A stretch of DNA of 64,000 bases, taken from positions 10,044,001-10,108,000 of the forward strand of contig CM022670.1 in NCBI GenBank assembly GCA_012295275.1, read 5' to 3'. Position 1 is the stretch's first letter, and each line of letters begins with the position of its first letter. Below are positions 27,105 through 41,646 of this stretch, piece after piece. Origin of the DNA: Chrysomallon squamiferum (lineage: Eukaryota; Animalia; Mollusca). The notes beneath the pieces were generated by a model. The model saw nothing but the letters and a program-made list of their open reading frames with translations. It did no database searches and was not told the origin of the DNA. The translations under genes were made by a program, and so were the position numbers.

Positions 27105-28047
27105 ATGGCTGCCTATGGTAAAGGATCATTTGATGCATTTTCATCATATCAGTCTTCTGGAGGTTATAATAAAGGAGGTAATTAGCATATGTCATTATAA
27201 TTAGCTTATCATTAATACAATATTTTTTAAACTCAGTTTTATAAATTTATATATATATATATTTTTTTTTTTTTTTTAATTGTGTTCTACGGGTTGTTTT
27301 TGTTTTAATTATTATTATTAGTTATGCATTTTCATAATTAATTAGAATTCAGATTTACAGTGAACCTTACTAATATAATTTACTATAAAAATAATTAAAA
27401 ATTACTTTTTACTGAATATAGAATATTTGTTTGTTAAAGTTATTGATTTTTGTTTTACAACATTTGTTTCAGCTGATGGTGGAAGTGAACATACTAGACT
27501 TGCTCAGACACTGGGAAACAATATTCAGAAAATACAACAAAATGGTATATACATTTTTTTTTTTTTTTTAATTTAAATTATAAATATATATATTTAACAA
27601 TAAGGTATAATAATTATATTACCAAAATCAATTATTAGAGAATTTCCACACACGTACTTATAAGAATATTAACTTCAATTAGTTATTTGTTTATTTATTT
27701 ATTTATTATTTTTTTAAACAGTTTCCATCAAGTAGGTACACTTACATAATTATTAAAATTTAAATAAAATTGTTGCTAAAATAAACAAAGAGCTAATTAT
27801 AAGAATTATTAAATGAAACACATTCTAAACCATAATTAAGACATTATTTAAAGAATGTCTAAATGGTTTTTTCATTTTACAATTTCAGTGACACAGATTC
27901 AGAAATTGGTTTCTCAGATAGGTACAAGGGAAGATTCTGAAGATATCAGAAACAGAGTGTAAGTGTTATGTAGCTTAGCTTCACCATTAGTTTTGTCTTA
28001 AATTATAGTGATCTTCATTATAATACTATGTAAGTATATCATGTAAA

Positions 28048-28100
<53 letters not shown>

Positions 28101-29177
28101 TGCATACTTGAAACCAAATATATCTACCATAACTGTTTTGTATGAGATGTTGTTATATATCTGCATTATTGGCATAGTGTTGGGAAATATTTTTCCCTTA
28201 TTAAAAAGTAATGAAAGAATTATATTTTCTGGAATTGTATATAAAGCATAAGAATGGAACAAACAAAAAATACATTTATTGTTGGTGTTTTGTTAATATG
28301 GAAGTTGAGATATATTGGAAAGATGAATATATAGGTTATTCTTTTCCTGCATTTAGTTAGTCCATAACTAAATTGTTTTTTCTTTGTAACCGATGTATTT
28401 CTCTTGCAAGTTGTTACGAAACTATATTTATGTTGCAGACATCAGACAACTCATTATACCAACCAGCTGGCTAAGGAAACGAACACCTACTTGAAGGAAC
28501 TAGCACACCTACAGCCACCAACAAACCCATCTGAACAAGTAACATAAAACTTGATTATTTCATTGGGGTTATGAAAATGAATTTTTTTAATTAAATTATA
28601 TGTGGTGTTATTGTTAAATATGTAATCATCATTGGCTTTATTTTTTTTTTTTTTTTTGAAGTATATTTACTTTTTTTGTCAGTTTGTAAAATTGTAAACA
28701 GCAAAAAGGAAAATTTTAATGGTTTTGTTGGGGGTTTGATATAATTCTGTGGTTTATGCTTAATTGTTAACTATTTCATAATAACATTTTGACTGAGAAC
28801 ACTTATTTTGTTTTTCTTTTGCTTTGTTTTCTCCATAAAGATAAAAAAAAAAGTTTTTTCATTGAAAAACCTTCATTATTATTTTTTTCTATTACAGAGA
28901 CAATGGAAAATGCAGAAGGAAAGATTAACAGAAGAATTCAGTGATGCCTTGAAGAATTTCCAAACCACCCAGCGCACAGCAGCAGAAAAAGAAAAAGCAA
29001 GCATGCTCCGTGCAAGAGCACATTCCAATGTGGAAAGAGTATGTATATTAAATTTTATTTTATGTGCATGTAAGTGTGTGTTGTTATCATTAAATTATTC
29101 AGATAACTGATTCTCAGCAAAATGTATAGGGTGGTGACATTGGTATTTAACATCGGTATGTGTGGGGGGGAGAGAGG

Positions 29178-29216
<39 letters not shown>

Positions 29217-32200
29217 TGGGACTTAGCTGACACTTAAATTAAATTTAAACAAATAACTGTTGCTTATTGTCATAAAACTTTTTGTTTTCAGTCTCCATTT
29301 ATGGATGAAATTTCACCACCACCAGAACAAGATTTAATGGGAACACCAGGGTAAATATTACAGACTTGTATACTGTTACTGATCAGTGTCATTGAAAACA
29401 TATGTATCCAAACGCACATACACAGTGTGATTTTAAGCATATTTTATAGTAGGGTTGTTTTACAAGTTAAAACAATGCATTTCTGTAACATTTGTATTTG
29501 TTAATTATAACAGAAATCACCATGATATTAACATAGATAGAAATTTATTTAAATTTGAATGTGTTTATGTGTGTGTGCACATAAAAACATATTTTAAATG
29601 TTGTTTTTTGGGGGTGTTTTTTTTGATAAAATCAGAACAAAATAGTAATTAATTATTCAAAATATTAGTGGGTTTTTTTTCAGTGATTAAATACAGGATT
29701 CATAAATTTTTAATATTAGATGAATGGTTTAACAAAAATGTTGAAACAAAAACTGTAAAAGAAATTAAAAAAAGAACAAAGAACATACTCAGCTGGTGTT
29801 ATGCACTTGTCTGCATAAATAATACTTGGTTAATTGGGAAAATTGAGGATATAACACTTTTTAAAAAACACTAATTTATTTGCTTTTTAGTTTTTCTCAA
29901 ACCAAAGCTGTTCTTCAGATGGAACAAGATGTTGATCTTGATATGTTGCGGGAGAGAGAGGAAGCCATCAAGAAACTCGAGGTAAATTTGAATATTTTAA
30001 AATAACCTACTAACTGTGATGTGATATACATGGCCAGTATAACAGAGTTTAATCAGTTTGTTTTGATAATCAGTGTGTTAATGTTATACTTCATAAATGT
30101 AATTTTGTTTCAGCTTTATGGTTTTTTTTTTGTTATATATCTTTTTATAATGAAAAAAAAAAAAAAAAAATTAATTATATTTGGCAAAAGACAGTTGATT
30201 ATTTTATAAAAATAAATAAATAAAGAGAATAAGAAGATAAAATAATAATTTTTGTAATGAAATATTCTACATGTTTTTTTAACCAAAAGGATGAAATGCT
30301 CTAATTTCTATTCAAGAAATTAGTACATTTCTTTTTGTTTTTAAAGTGGATAAAAACAACCACCAAAATTGCTAATGTTAAATTTTTCACAAATATTAAA
30401 TTCATTTCTTCTTACAATTTTAAATAAAATAAACTTATTTTGTTTAAAATTGTAAGAAGAAATAAATTTAATATTTAATACTGATTTAAAGTGAATATTT
30501 ATTTATAATTCATTGTTGGTTATTTTCAGAGTGATATCATGGATGTAAATCAAATATTTAAAGACTTAGGAATGTTGGTGCATGAACAGGGTGAAGTTTT
30601 AGGTGAGTTCAGATTTTAGGTTTTCATACAACATTTAAAATAAATAAATAAATAAAAACACTCCATAAACTTGAGTCATAAATAATAAGTTTCTGTTTGT
30701 TTCAGAAATGAACTGGAAATGTGTATAATTGGTTTTATATGCTATGTTGTTTATTATATAGATTCTATAGAAGCTAATGTAGAAAGTGCACAGATTCATG
30801 TCGAGGAAGGAACTACACAGCTAAGTAAAGCTCGGAATTACCAGGTTTGGCTCATTTATGTTCAAGCATGGTTGTTTCACTTACTTAAAAGCATACCTTC
30901 AGAATTACCATAACATAAAAGAATAGTTGAATACATTTTGTATATTTCAGTGTGACTGTTTTATTATTGCAGTCTAGTCTTTGCTAATAATAACATATAG
31001 TTAAATATGGAGGCTGGCATTTGCAGTTTTATTGTGACATAATTTAATCATTTATTTATGTGTTGTTACCTTATTGATTGCAATGATTAGTCATCATACA
31101 AAATGTATTTAGATCTTGTATTTATACTTTAAAGTAAATTTGTTTTGTTTTGCATGTCTGCAGAATGCCAATCATTTTACTCTTTGTTTGGTTAGCTGTG
31201 TTTTTTTTAATAAGCCTAAATTCAATTTATACTTCTTCACTTACATCAATATCGGTTTAATTTTTCACAGCTGTTGTTCAGTTTATTTGAAAATATTTTT
31301 CCTATTTGCTTTTTTTTGTGTGTGTGTGTTTTTATTTTTGTTGTATATTTTAAAGTATTAAAAAACAGTGTAATTCCTGTGTCATTTTTCTTTTTCAGGT
31401 TTTTGTGGTTTTTTTTGGGGGGTTCTTTCTCTCTGTCTGTTTACATAAAAATTTGTTTTAAAACCTTCAGATAACTGAATTAAATGAATTTGAATTTTTG
31501 CAAAACTAAGATGTTTACTTTTTTTATTTCTTTTTTAAAATTTGTTTAACTTTGTTATGCTTGTTTTCTTTTCATTTTTTTTTTTTTTAATCTTTTTTAT
31601 CTTTCAATGATGGTTGTTTTGTTATTTTAATTTTTGTTTGCTTTTTTGTTCAGTTAATGTTTTGCTTGTTTGCAGTCAAAAGCACGGCGGAAGAAATGCT
31701 GTTGTGTTGTGGTTATCGTTGTCATCCTTGTTGTCATTGCAATTATTATTGCTGTAACTGTAACTCATTATCAGTCTTAACAAAGAGGTACTGCACCCAT
31801 TTTACTGTTTTGTTCTGCTTATAATCACATTCTGATGCACTGAATTTATACGAAAGCATGGGCTGTGGTATTGGCATTGTAGAATGAAATAATTTTCTTT
31901 ATAAGTACCATTATTCTTCAATTTATTTCATTCAGATTTTATTTCCAATGCAGAACAAATATAATTATTAAATTTCTTTTTAAAAATGTATTATTATTGT
32001 GTTTTATTTTTTATTTTTTAATTGTTTTAAATTTACCTAATGTTCTGTTTGTAAAACAAAAATATTAATTATTCTAATCAGTTGTTGCAACAGTTTTTCA
32101 GTAGTAATAAAAATACATACATACATATATAAAATTCGGAAATCAATTTAAGTTTGAGATCACTTGTTTTCAGTGACAAGTTGTACAAAGCATTAATAAA

Positions 32201-34426
32201 TTATGACAGTGTGCCATTAATATTATCAAAATTGTGCACCATTTGTTCTAAATTCATTACTTCTTGGGTAATTGGAGCAGTAGGTTCAAACACCTTTTTT
32301 CTTGCTTTTTAAGCTCTGGTTTATGAGAGCTTTGTCCATTTTTACTTGTTTTGGTATGACACAAGCTCTCAGCTGCTTTTGTTTTTTACAAGCTGTGGAT
32401 ACAAATTCATTTTAGAATCAAACTGTACTTGCTCATGTCACATGCATTAAATAGTTCTAGCTGATTTAAATGCTGTATTTATCCTACCAATTGTATTTCT
32501 GCTTCTGTAGTTAGTTTGTTGTTAGTGAATCCATATGAATTAAAGCTTGAAAATACAGAATAAAATATTATTGACTTATAAAATTATCATGACAATGATT
32601 CTAAAAACATATAACCTGTTAATTCTAAATGCCTACAAATAAAAAATGTATCCATAGTTGTGTCAGTTTTTGTCATGGTTGTCATTGATGAAGGTATTAA
32701 AAATCAACATGCTAGCAATCAAGTCAAGAAGAGTTTTAACTCTAACAACCAGTTCACTTAATATATCTTGTTCTAACACAGCCATAGAAATGATGTCATC
32801 AGTAGGATTGGTACATTTTTTTGTTCATTTTGAACTTCCTTTATCCTTCAGTTTAACTGCTGATGTTAGTAGTTAGTGGTCTTTGTCATTTCCATTGCAA
32901 TATTGAATACTTTGTAAGGTTTTTGATATTTATCTCAGTTAAAAATTAACTGTCAGCAAATTATGAATCTCAATTCACACTCATCTATGCTATAAATTAG
33001 ATCTGGGTTTGGTGCAGCATATCTAGTCCTAACTCTTAGGATAACTACGGTACTCCATTATGAATTTCTGTTCCACTTTCTCCATTTTCTCAAAGAATTA
33101 CCTTAGTGGGCAGCTCAGTGTGTGTCATACACATAAATACATAAACTTAAATAGTTACTGCTAGTCTAAGAAGTGCACTAATGTTATTGGTATTATAAAC
33201 AGTATGTTAATACTGAAAGTATAAATAACAACAAGTTCATCCAGTTTGACTACCATGATATGTGTATGTATATATGTAAGAATGTACACCACAATGTATT
33301 CATTAACCATTAAGTTTAAAACAGCAAGTACTTATATTTATTTTTTAAACTTCATTTATTTCCATATTGGCCTTCATTGTTCAAATTAAAATGGCCTTAT
33401 GTTACTCCGATCAATCTGTCAATCGCTGGTTTCTTGTTTTTGTTGATCTTACGTAGCTCATAATGGTGTTCAGATGATATACTTCATAACCACTTCTGTC
33501 TTTTGTTTCATAAAGTTCTTGATATATACATATTGTAATAATACTAATTGCAGTTAATTCAGTGCCAACGTACCTTGATATACATTGTTAGTCCTTTGTA
33601 TACTGAATCCACCTCAGTAAAATCTAAAATTGTCTTTTATTTAAAGCATATAATGTACACTTGATGGCTGTTTACTGCACTTCTTGAAATTCATTTACAC
33701 CAGCTTCAGCTCATCTGATGCAGTAAAAACATGACCAATACGTTTTGCAAAAAGATTTACAAATCCTGTTTCCTTACCAATCATGCACAGTCTGTTGTTA
33801 CACAAAAGTCATTTTGTCAAACAGATAATTGCTTCATAACTGCTTTACATGTTTCACCCCCAGTTGTACATTCAGGCAGTGTTGCATAGTATGTTATATG
33901 CTTCTTAATACTGTAGAATTGTGTTGTGAGTCACACTAGGATCAACTAGTAACGATTCACACTCAGCTGTTCTGCATGTAAGTTCTGAGAGATTCTCTCT
34001 CATCCAGGTTAGCAGTCACATGTCTATTCCTCACTGTTTGGAAAACTATATTGCCCCATATTGAGTCTCTGTTCCACATTCACCATTATTGAAAACATCA
34101 ACTGCTTATGTAATAAATTAATTATTTTATTTTTATAATGTTTTGTTTTAAAATGAAATCTTTGTTGTTGATGAATGTCCAGTTTTATATGTTGACATGG
34201 TGTATTCTTTATTACTGACAAGAATTCTGGTGTTCTAAACAGCAGTTTATATTCATTTTTGTTTTATTATTATTATTTTTTAACTTTTTCGATTCAGTTT
34301 TTGTTACAGACAGAATATTTCTCTCTATTGCAGAGCAAGTCTCGGAGGAAGAAATGTATAATTCTTATAATTCTGCTTATTGTAATTTTTGCATTAAGTC
34401 TGATAATCTGGGGATCCACAAGATAA
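27105..34426 (+). CDS. STX7: Syntaxin-7/syntaxin-12 family endosomal Qa-SNARE; isoform using the distal terminal exon (284 aa)
   Basis: Common exons 27105-27177, 27473-27544, 27889-27958, 28439-28538, 28898-29038, 29292-29350, 29891-29981, 30530-30602, 30762-30844, then 34334-34426. Habc region ([34 protein letters not shown]). SNARE motif [46 protein letters not shown] tail [33 protein letters not shown]7 versus STX12 cannot be separated; probably a single pro-orthologue. Confidence 0.9.
28049..28098. repeat. (TG)n microsatellite
   Basis: Direct reading. Confidence 0.95.
31676..31780 (+). CDS. STX7: Proximal alternative terminal exon (10a) of the syntaxin-7/12 gene, encoding a second transmembrane anchor (288-aa isoform)
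   Basis: Long polypyrimidine tract and ttgtttgcag acceptor, phase 0 matching the donor at 30844. Encodes [34 protein letters not shown], clearly paralogous to exon 34334-34426. Confidence 0.85.
   Translation, partial: SKARRKKCCCVVVIVVILVVIAIIIAVTVTHYQS
34334..34426 (+). CDS. STX7: Distal alternative terminal exon (10b) of the syntaxin-7/12 gene
   Basis: ctctctattgcag acceptor, phase 0. Encodes [30 protein letters not shown], resembling the vertebrate STX7/STX12 tail (..SLIIWG..). Confidence 0.88.
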   Translation, partial: SKSRRKKCIILIILLIVIFALSLIIWGSTR

Positions 34427-34949
34427 TTCACAGATCTCAGGATGATCTCAGATGTACATGTGACTCTTTGTTTACGTATTACCCTGTGACCATTCTGCTA
34501 GAAGCTTGACTTTGCAACATTTGAAAAACTGAGACGTCAAAACAGATTGGTTTTCCATGCGACCATCATCTGTGATCTTCTGCTTATTGTAAATTATTGT
34601 GACCATAAAGACAGCGTTTTGAAGACATGTGTAGAGAGTTATTTTTCCAAAAGCCTAGAGTACCAGAAGCATCATCTTGTGCAGTGTCTTGGGAATCCAG
34701 TGACTACTTAATGGAAATTATGTTCTAGTGTCAAATATTGTTATGTAGTCAGCTGTAAATTGTATATAAATATATATAAATATATATATATATATTAATA
34801 TTAGAAGCATATTTAGACTTCATTTACTAGAATATATAACAGTGTTTCAGGAATCCTTTTAATTCATTTATAGTCCTTGATATCCTTGATAACAAATATA
34901 AGTTTCATATATTTACATATACATTTTGTGATAAGCCTGAAAATTCTTT

Positions 34950-34964
34950 ATATGTATATGTATG

Positions 34965-35036
<72 letters not shown>
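34950..35036. repeat. Compound (TATG)/(TA)n/(CA)n microsatellite
   Basis: Direct reading. Confidence 0.9.
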
Positions 35037-36550
35037 TTTTCAAAAAGATAAAATTAACAAGTGACAAATATTAAAAAATGTAATACCTGAGGAAAAAAAA
35101 AAACATGCCTCTGAATTAGGATATATTTCTGTTAAATCTTGATTTAAAAAAAAAAAAGCCAGCATATAAATTTGATTATTCTATCAACTTAAGCTTTAGG
35201 GCCCCTCATCCAGGAAGGACTCAAGAAGCAACTTTAATCCACAATCATTCAAGTATCTTAAAGTTTTAAAGCATTTATGGTGATGTGTCATGGAACAAGG
35301 CCATTGAAGAACATAACAATGGTTACCAAGAATTTCTGCTGCTTCCAAAGGGTCCCTTTGACAGTTCAAACTTTAGGGCCCCAAAAATGTATATCCACTA
35401 CTTTATATTGGAGTTATTGTAGCTGTAGATCCCTAGAAAATTTTGGTCACTATATATTTTTTGATTAGTAAAAATATTATGGATTTGCACTTTAAATTAC
35501 ATGTCCATTAAGCATATGTACAGTTGGCTTTTTACTAAATCCAGTCACTTGAGCATAATTTAAATTAATAAGGAGATAAAAATAGTAGTAACTAATATAT
35601 AAACCTCAAGCAGACATTCCATTGATGTCATTTACTAATATTGACTTTGTTTTTAATACTACTAACTACTGCATCAAAAAGTCTCATCAAAGTGGAGTTG
35701 AGTCACCCTTCTGTTTTCCATGCACATTTTGTTATATATGGATATATATGTATATGTGTGTATGCATATATATGTATATATACACATCATTTTTGTCAGA
35801 CAACAAAATTTATCATGTATATAATTTATGAAAATTATGTAATAATTAAGATTTGTAAACTGCAGATAAATCAATAGTAGATGGTATTCCAGGCAGTTTA
35901 TTTATTTATTTTTTTTTTTTTTTCAATTTGTTTTCCAGTTAGACAATAATAAAAAAAAAATGACAGACTTATAAATCATGTTTGAAATGGAATAACATAA
36001 AACAACTAGAAGTTAGATATGTTGTCTGTGTCATTTAAAACACTAATGTTCTTATTTCATTAATTTCTCAGATCTGTCTAGAATGTCTGAACAAAATGGT
36101 GTAGATTGTAATTTAAATGTTGTCATTGACTGTGAAATTTTTTGTCTTGTTTGTATATAAATGTGCAATGCAGGCAATAGTACACATTGTTCTTTATTTC
36201 AACATGTTTTATAAAGTAGAATGGCATTAAGAGATACGTAAGGTTTTCTTGAATGGAAAAATTAAATTTCTTTTTGTTTTTGACTATACTGACACATTAA
36301 TATTCTTTAGATGGATTTCTCTCACTCGCTTGGTATTTGTGGCATAAAATTTTGAGAAGAAAGTCACATTTTCTCCATCCTGAAATCATTTATATGCACA
36401 GACACTTCAAGATGCTTAAATTTATTTTCATATTAAAATTCTCATCCCTGTAAATATTTTTAAAGAAATTTTTAATATTACTAATAAATCAGTTAAAATG
36501 AAACAGCATTTTTGAGAAAAGGAGATAAGTTTTTTATTATTATTTTTTTA

Positions 36551-36593
<43 letters not shown>

Positions 36594-37431
36594 TATTATT
36601 TTGTTGTTTTGTTTAAGTAAAGCAATAATAATTTGACTGTGATTTTTGTTCTTGTTAATGTATATACTTTCTTCTTTTTTTATTTTTTTTTAAATATTAA
36701 AACAGATTTATCTTTTCAAAATTGTAAAACACAAAAGTGATTGTGATTGTGATAATTATAATTTGGAAAACAAAATTTTATTGAAAAAAAAAGATTTTTT
36801 TTTATTCTTTTCATAATTGTGAGAAATTAAATGACCATTACATAAAAACCCCAAGGTGAAATGAAACCCATATTTTTTGCCATGTGTTTTTTATTTATTT
36901 TTTTTAATTTATTTTTTTATTTTTTGTTTTTGGAAGAAACATTTTTTCCATCTCTTCATTTACATACTAATAATGAAAAATATTAGTTTGTTCTTAAAAT
37001 GTGGTTGTTTTGAAGTTTGTTTGATAAACAATTCATTAAATATTTGTGTAATGTTGGCAAACTGTATAGTGCCCTAAACAGATTCATGAAATAACAAGTT
37101 CATCCAGTTTGACCACCATGTAAAAATACATGAAGTGTTACTGAAGATTTGTCTTAGGATAAATGAAATAACGAAATGTATGTGTCAGTCTGTAAATCAT
37201 CATTTTTTAAAGTGGCAATTTACCAAAATCTCTCAAACAGTGTGCAGTTATAAAAAGCATGCCAGTAAATAAGACAGTTAATCTTAAAAATGTAAAGATA
37301 TAGATGTTTTGGTTATGTTCATTGACAGTTAATTATTGAATATAATTTTACTGATGCAGCATTTCTTTTGCACATTTTTTTTTTTTTTTTTTTTTTATTG
37401 GCAGGGAGATACTTTTTAGGGTCTTTTAAAA

Positions 37432-37462
<31 letters not shown>

Positions 37463-39118
37463 GAAGAGGGTTTTATTTAATATAGATTTTTTTTAAAAAA
37501 ATTTTATTTTAAAAAGCTGTTGTTTATATATGACATGTCAGTTGGCATATTTGACACTGATGTTTTAAACACTTAACCAGTAGATCATGCAATACCATAA
37601 GCAACTGAGTTTCAAACATATAATAATATATGTTTGCAGTGTAATAGTATATGGTATATTATCAGTTGTATATTTGCTTATATTGGTGCAAACAATTAAA
37701 ATATAATTGTTATGATGTTAAATGTTAATTTACAATCAAAATATAATCATGAGCTGTTATGTTTTATGCTTGTTTCCATTCTGCAGACCAGGTTGTGCAG
37801 TTGGTACCCAACCACCCCACCCACCATAAAACCTTTTAGAAAATGTGTCAGTATAATTATGTTTTCATTTTAATTCCTTTTGACTTTCAGGATTATGTAT
37901 TCTCAATTTTGTTTTTAAAAATAATCATAAGTCACAAACCTAGAAAATTTTTTTAGTATATTTCGTTAGATTTGTTAACAACATCATCTTATTCCTTTAT
38001 CAACTTAAAATTGACAAGAGATATTATTAACATATTCTTTTACTTAAACCTTGGTCAAAATGTAATGAACTCATATAATTTCATGCTAGAATAACAAAAC
38101 AAAAACAAAAACTTTTTTTTTTTTTTTTTTTTTTTTAATTAATTAATTTATTTGTTTAAAATATATTTACTATAATGAACTTATGTTCCAACTCCACTTT
38201 ATTTTTAGCACAAGTTGTCACTGGTACAAAATATTACCTGCAATTTCAATGTAAACTGTTTAATCATGTCACATTGACTTTTTTCTTTATTAACTTACAT
38301 AATCATGAACATCCATTCAGTCACTGGCACAAAATTATATCACACACAGTGCTGTTTGTCTTTTGATTTCAATTATGTTTCCCATTATTAAACTCATGTT
38401 TCTATAGATAAATAACAAATCAGATAATTATAATCAGCCAAAATGTGAGATATTAAGTTTTAATAATATACACCACATAAATGTTTTGTTTATTTTCATT
38501 ATAAAAACTTCTTTTTTTTCTTCTTTTTTTGTAGACTTTTAATAAATATGTATTAACCATTGTTTTGTGTATATTAATGTTATATATGTAAATTGTAAAT
38601 TTGTATAAACCAACTGGATGTATATTTATTTTATTATTATTTACACTCTATTAATTTATTTATTTATTTATTTATTTGTTTGTTTCTTTTTCTTTCTTTT
38701 TTTCCAGTTTATCAACATGTATTTCTCTTTCAGAGACTGTAATAGATCTAATATGTTAACAAGTAATAAAAAACAATTGAAATCAAAATGAATTTCATGT
38801 TTTCAATTATTGGTGACGAAAATGGATTGCAGTATATTACTCATTTGCACACTTGCTTTCTGATTTACAAATTTATATTATTTATTTTCTTGACCATCAG
38901 CTTTTTGATATTCTTCCTACAGTGATTATAAACATGAAGCCAGTCAGACATAAACTTCTGTCATAAAACCATAAACACTATTTATTACAATTCTGTGACT
39001 CATTTTTCAGACTTGCCATTGACTTGAAAATTTGGCTTAAATATGTTTACTTGCCCTCTTTTCTTATATAAAGTTAAATAATGAATACTGCTATTTTTTA
39101 TTTCTATTTTCAGTTTTG

Positions 39119-39150
<32 letters not shown>

Positions 39151-39552
39151 AAGTATAATAAATACTGAATGAAACAGCCACCAGAATTTTGTTATTTATT
39201 GAATTTTGTATTTTTTTTTTTTTAGTTATTGTAAACAAATGCTGTCATTAAAAAAATAATAATAAAAAAAAAAAGAGAAAAAAAACGGTAATATTGTTTA
39301 ATAAAAATAGAACCAAGCAACCAAATGTACAAATTATTGTCGTTGTTTATGTTTTTTCCATTAAATATAATAATCTTAAAACAACACAAATTCATCATAT
39401 CAAAAAATATTTATTGTAAATAAATACACCTGTTTCAGTGGATGGAAAGAAGTTCAGATTATACATAATACTGTTACAATATTTTACATCACTTCATAAA
39501 TATGAATATTCTTAGTCTATAATATAAATATATATATACATGTGTATGTGTA

Positions 39553-39599
<47 letters not shown>

Positions 39600-40980
39600 C
39601 AATTTAATGTTAAGAGGTTTAAAAGCAGAATATGTAATTATGGTTGAGGCTTATAAACAAATGAATTTTTGACCAAAAGAATAAAAATTAAAAACGCAAA
39701 TATTCCTATCTTTTCTTTTTCAAAATTAATTTATCTGCCTACCAGATGTAACCTATGAAAGAACCATAACTACCTTCTTTTTTAAACTAATTCTTCTACT
39801 TCCCTGATGTAATCTGTAAAGTTGTTTTAAAAAAAGAAAAAAAAAGCTTAATGTTTTAAATTTCCATCTGCAAAGCAATTCTGAATCTGGAATTGTTTTA
39901 ATAAGGCAAACAACAGAAATGCCATTTCTAAACAGTTATCATTTCAAAGAATGTCTGTAAGAAATGTTCAAAAACTTCTGAAATGATAACAGTATTTCAA
40001 AAGAATTAGGAGAATTATAAGCAGATCTTTTTCATTTTTGTGTAAATGGAAGTAGAACATTTTAATGAAATCGTCTGTAGACAGCCAAGACAGCCATTTC
40101 ACATTTCATACAATAATACTAGACATAATTTTATTTTAAGTTTTCAGAAAAATACAATAGATTTCCATAATATTTATTAAGAGAATCCGTAACAGACAAT
40201 ACACTGGACAACATTAAGAATCATTTTAAAAATCAACAATAAAGACTAGATACCCTGTGTATGTTTTGCAAGAGTATTTGTTGTGTAAAAGTTTCTACAT
40301 CTGTTATCTCTCCAAAACACAAAATAAGACAAATTACACGGTACATGGTAAACTAAATTTTAATATACTTACATACAGTTTTTAAACATTAAAAATAAAT
40401 ATTATAAATTTGCAGTCTAAAATCCATTGTAAAATTAAGCAAATAAAATAAATAGTATCAAATCTAGTGTAAAACTAAATAAATAAAAATACAGTCTCAT
40501 ATGCATTACTATTTTAGATACTAATCACTAAATAATAATTCATCCTAAATCTCAGACCAAAGGTTTCATAATTTAAAGACAATTGTATTTTTCCATCAGC
40601 ATTCAGTTTTGATTTCTTACTGCATGGAAGATTGACAAATTCAACAGATTTCAGTTCATTGTATTGTATGATGAGGATATAATTCAGAATCCCTATTTTT
40701 CAAAAGCTGAAATCACAAACAATTTCTGTCTGGACAATATGTTTGAAAAAAAAAAAGCCATTTAATGACAACATAGTTTATAATAAGATGATGAAACGTC
40801 TGATAAATAAATCTTCAAAAATTTAGATTCTGATACGTCTAAAATCACTGGAAATCTGAAGTGCAGATAAAATGTTTTTAAAAATAGTTTAAATATTACT
40901 GTTTAATATTTTACTGTTTATTTTTTACTAAATACAATAAATAAATAAATAAATAAATAAATAAAATAATAATAATAATA

Positions 40981-41031
<51 letters not shown>

Positions 41032-41609
41032 TAATAATAAAATAAAATTTAATTTAAAAATAAAGAGAGTCCACAGTGAAACAAGTTTTCTTTTTAAATA
41101 ATATTTAATACTGTGTGGCAATCTTAATCCTGAGGCTTAAAGAATCTTAAAACAGCTCAACGGAGCTAATACTGTCTAGAAGTGAAAAACTGAATGCTAG
41201 TGGTGATGTTTGGCACCATGAATAGATTCTCTGCTTTTTTCTTCAGGTTGTAACACATCTAGCTAATAAAAATACACAATTATAAACTATATACACAGCA
41301 GATGATGAAATAAATATTTTTTTCTATATACATTTTTGAGCACTGACTTCGATGAAAATGGAAATGCAGAGGCATTAAAACCGAAATCAAATAATTTATT
41401 TACAGTAATAAATAAATAAATAATTTTTTTAACTGATAAATTACTTCATTGTACAATACATGATACATGTAGTAATAATTTTTTTTTTTTTTTTAAATTT
41501 TTGAATTACAATTAAAATTTCGTATTTGCATATAATACTTCGTGATATATTCCTTTTTAAAAATATGTAAATAAATTAATAAATAATTTTAAAAAGTTAT
41601 ACTTTTCTC

Positions 41610-41646
<37 letters not shown>

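Noticed and set aside
17742-29142. AGGGTGGTGACATT repeated at about 17742 and 29128
   Set aside because: Short, with unrelated flanks; cannot be distinguished from chance or a tiny repeat remnant.
35194-35402. CTTTAGGGCCCC direct repeat pair, possibly a decayed MITE
   Set aside because: No clear terminal inverted repeats or target-site duplication could be delimited.
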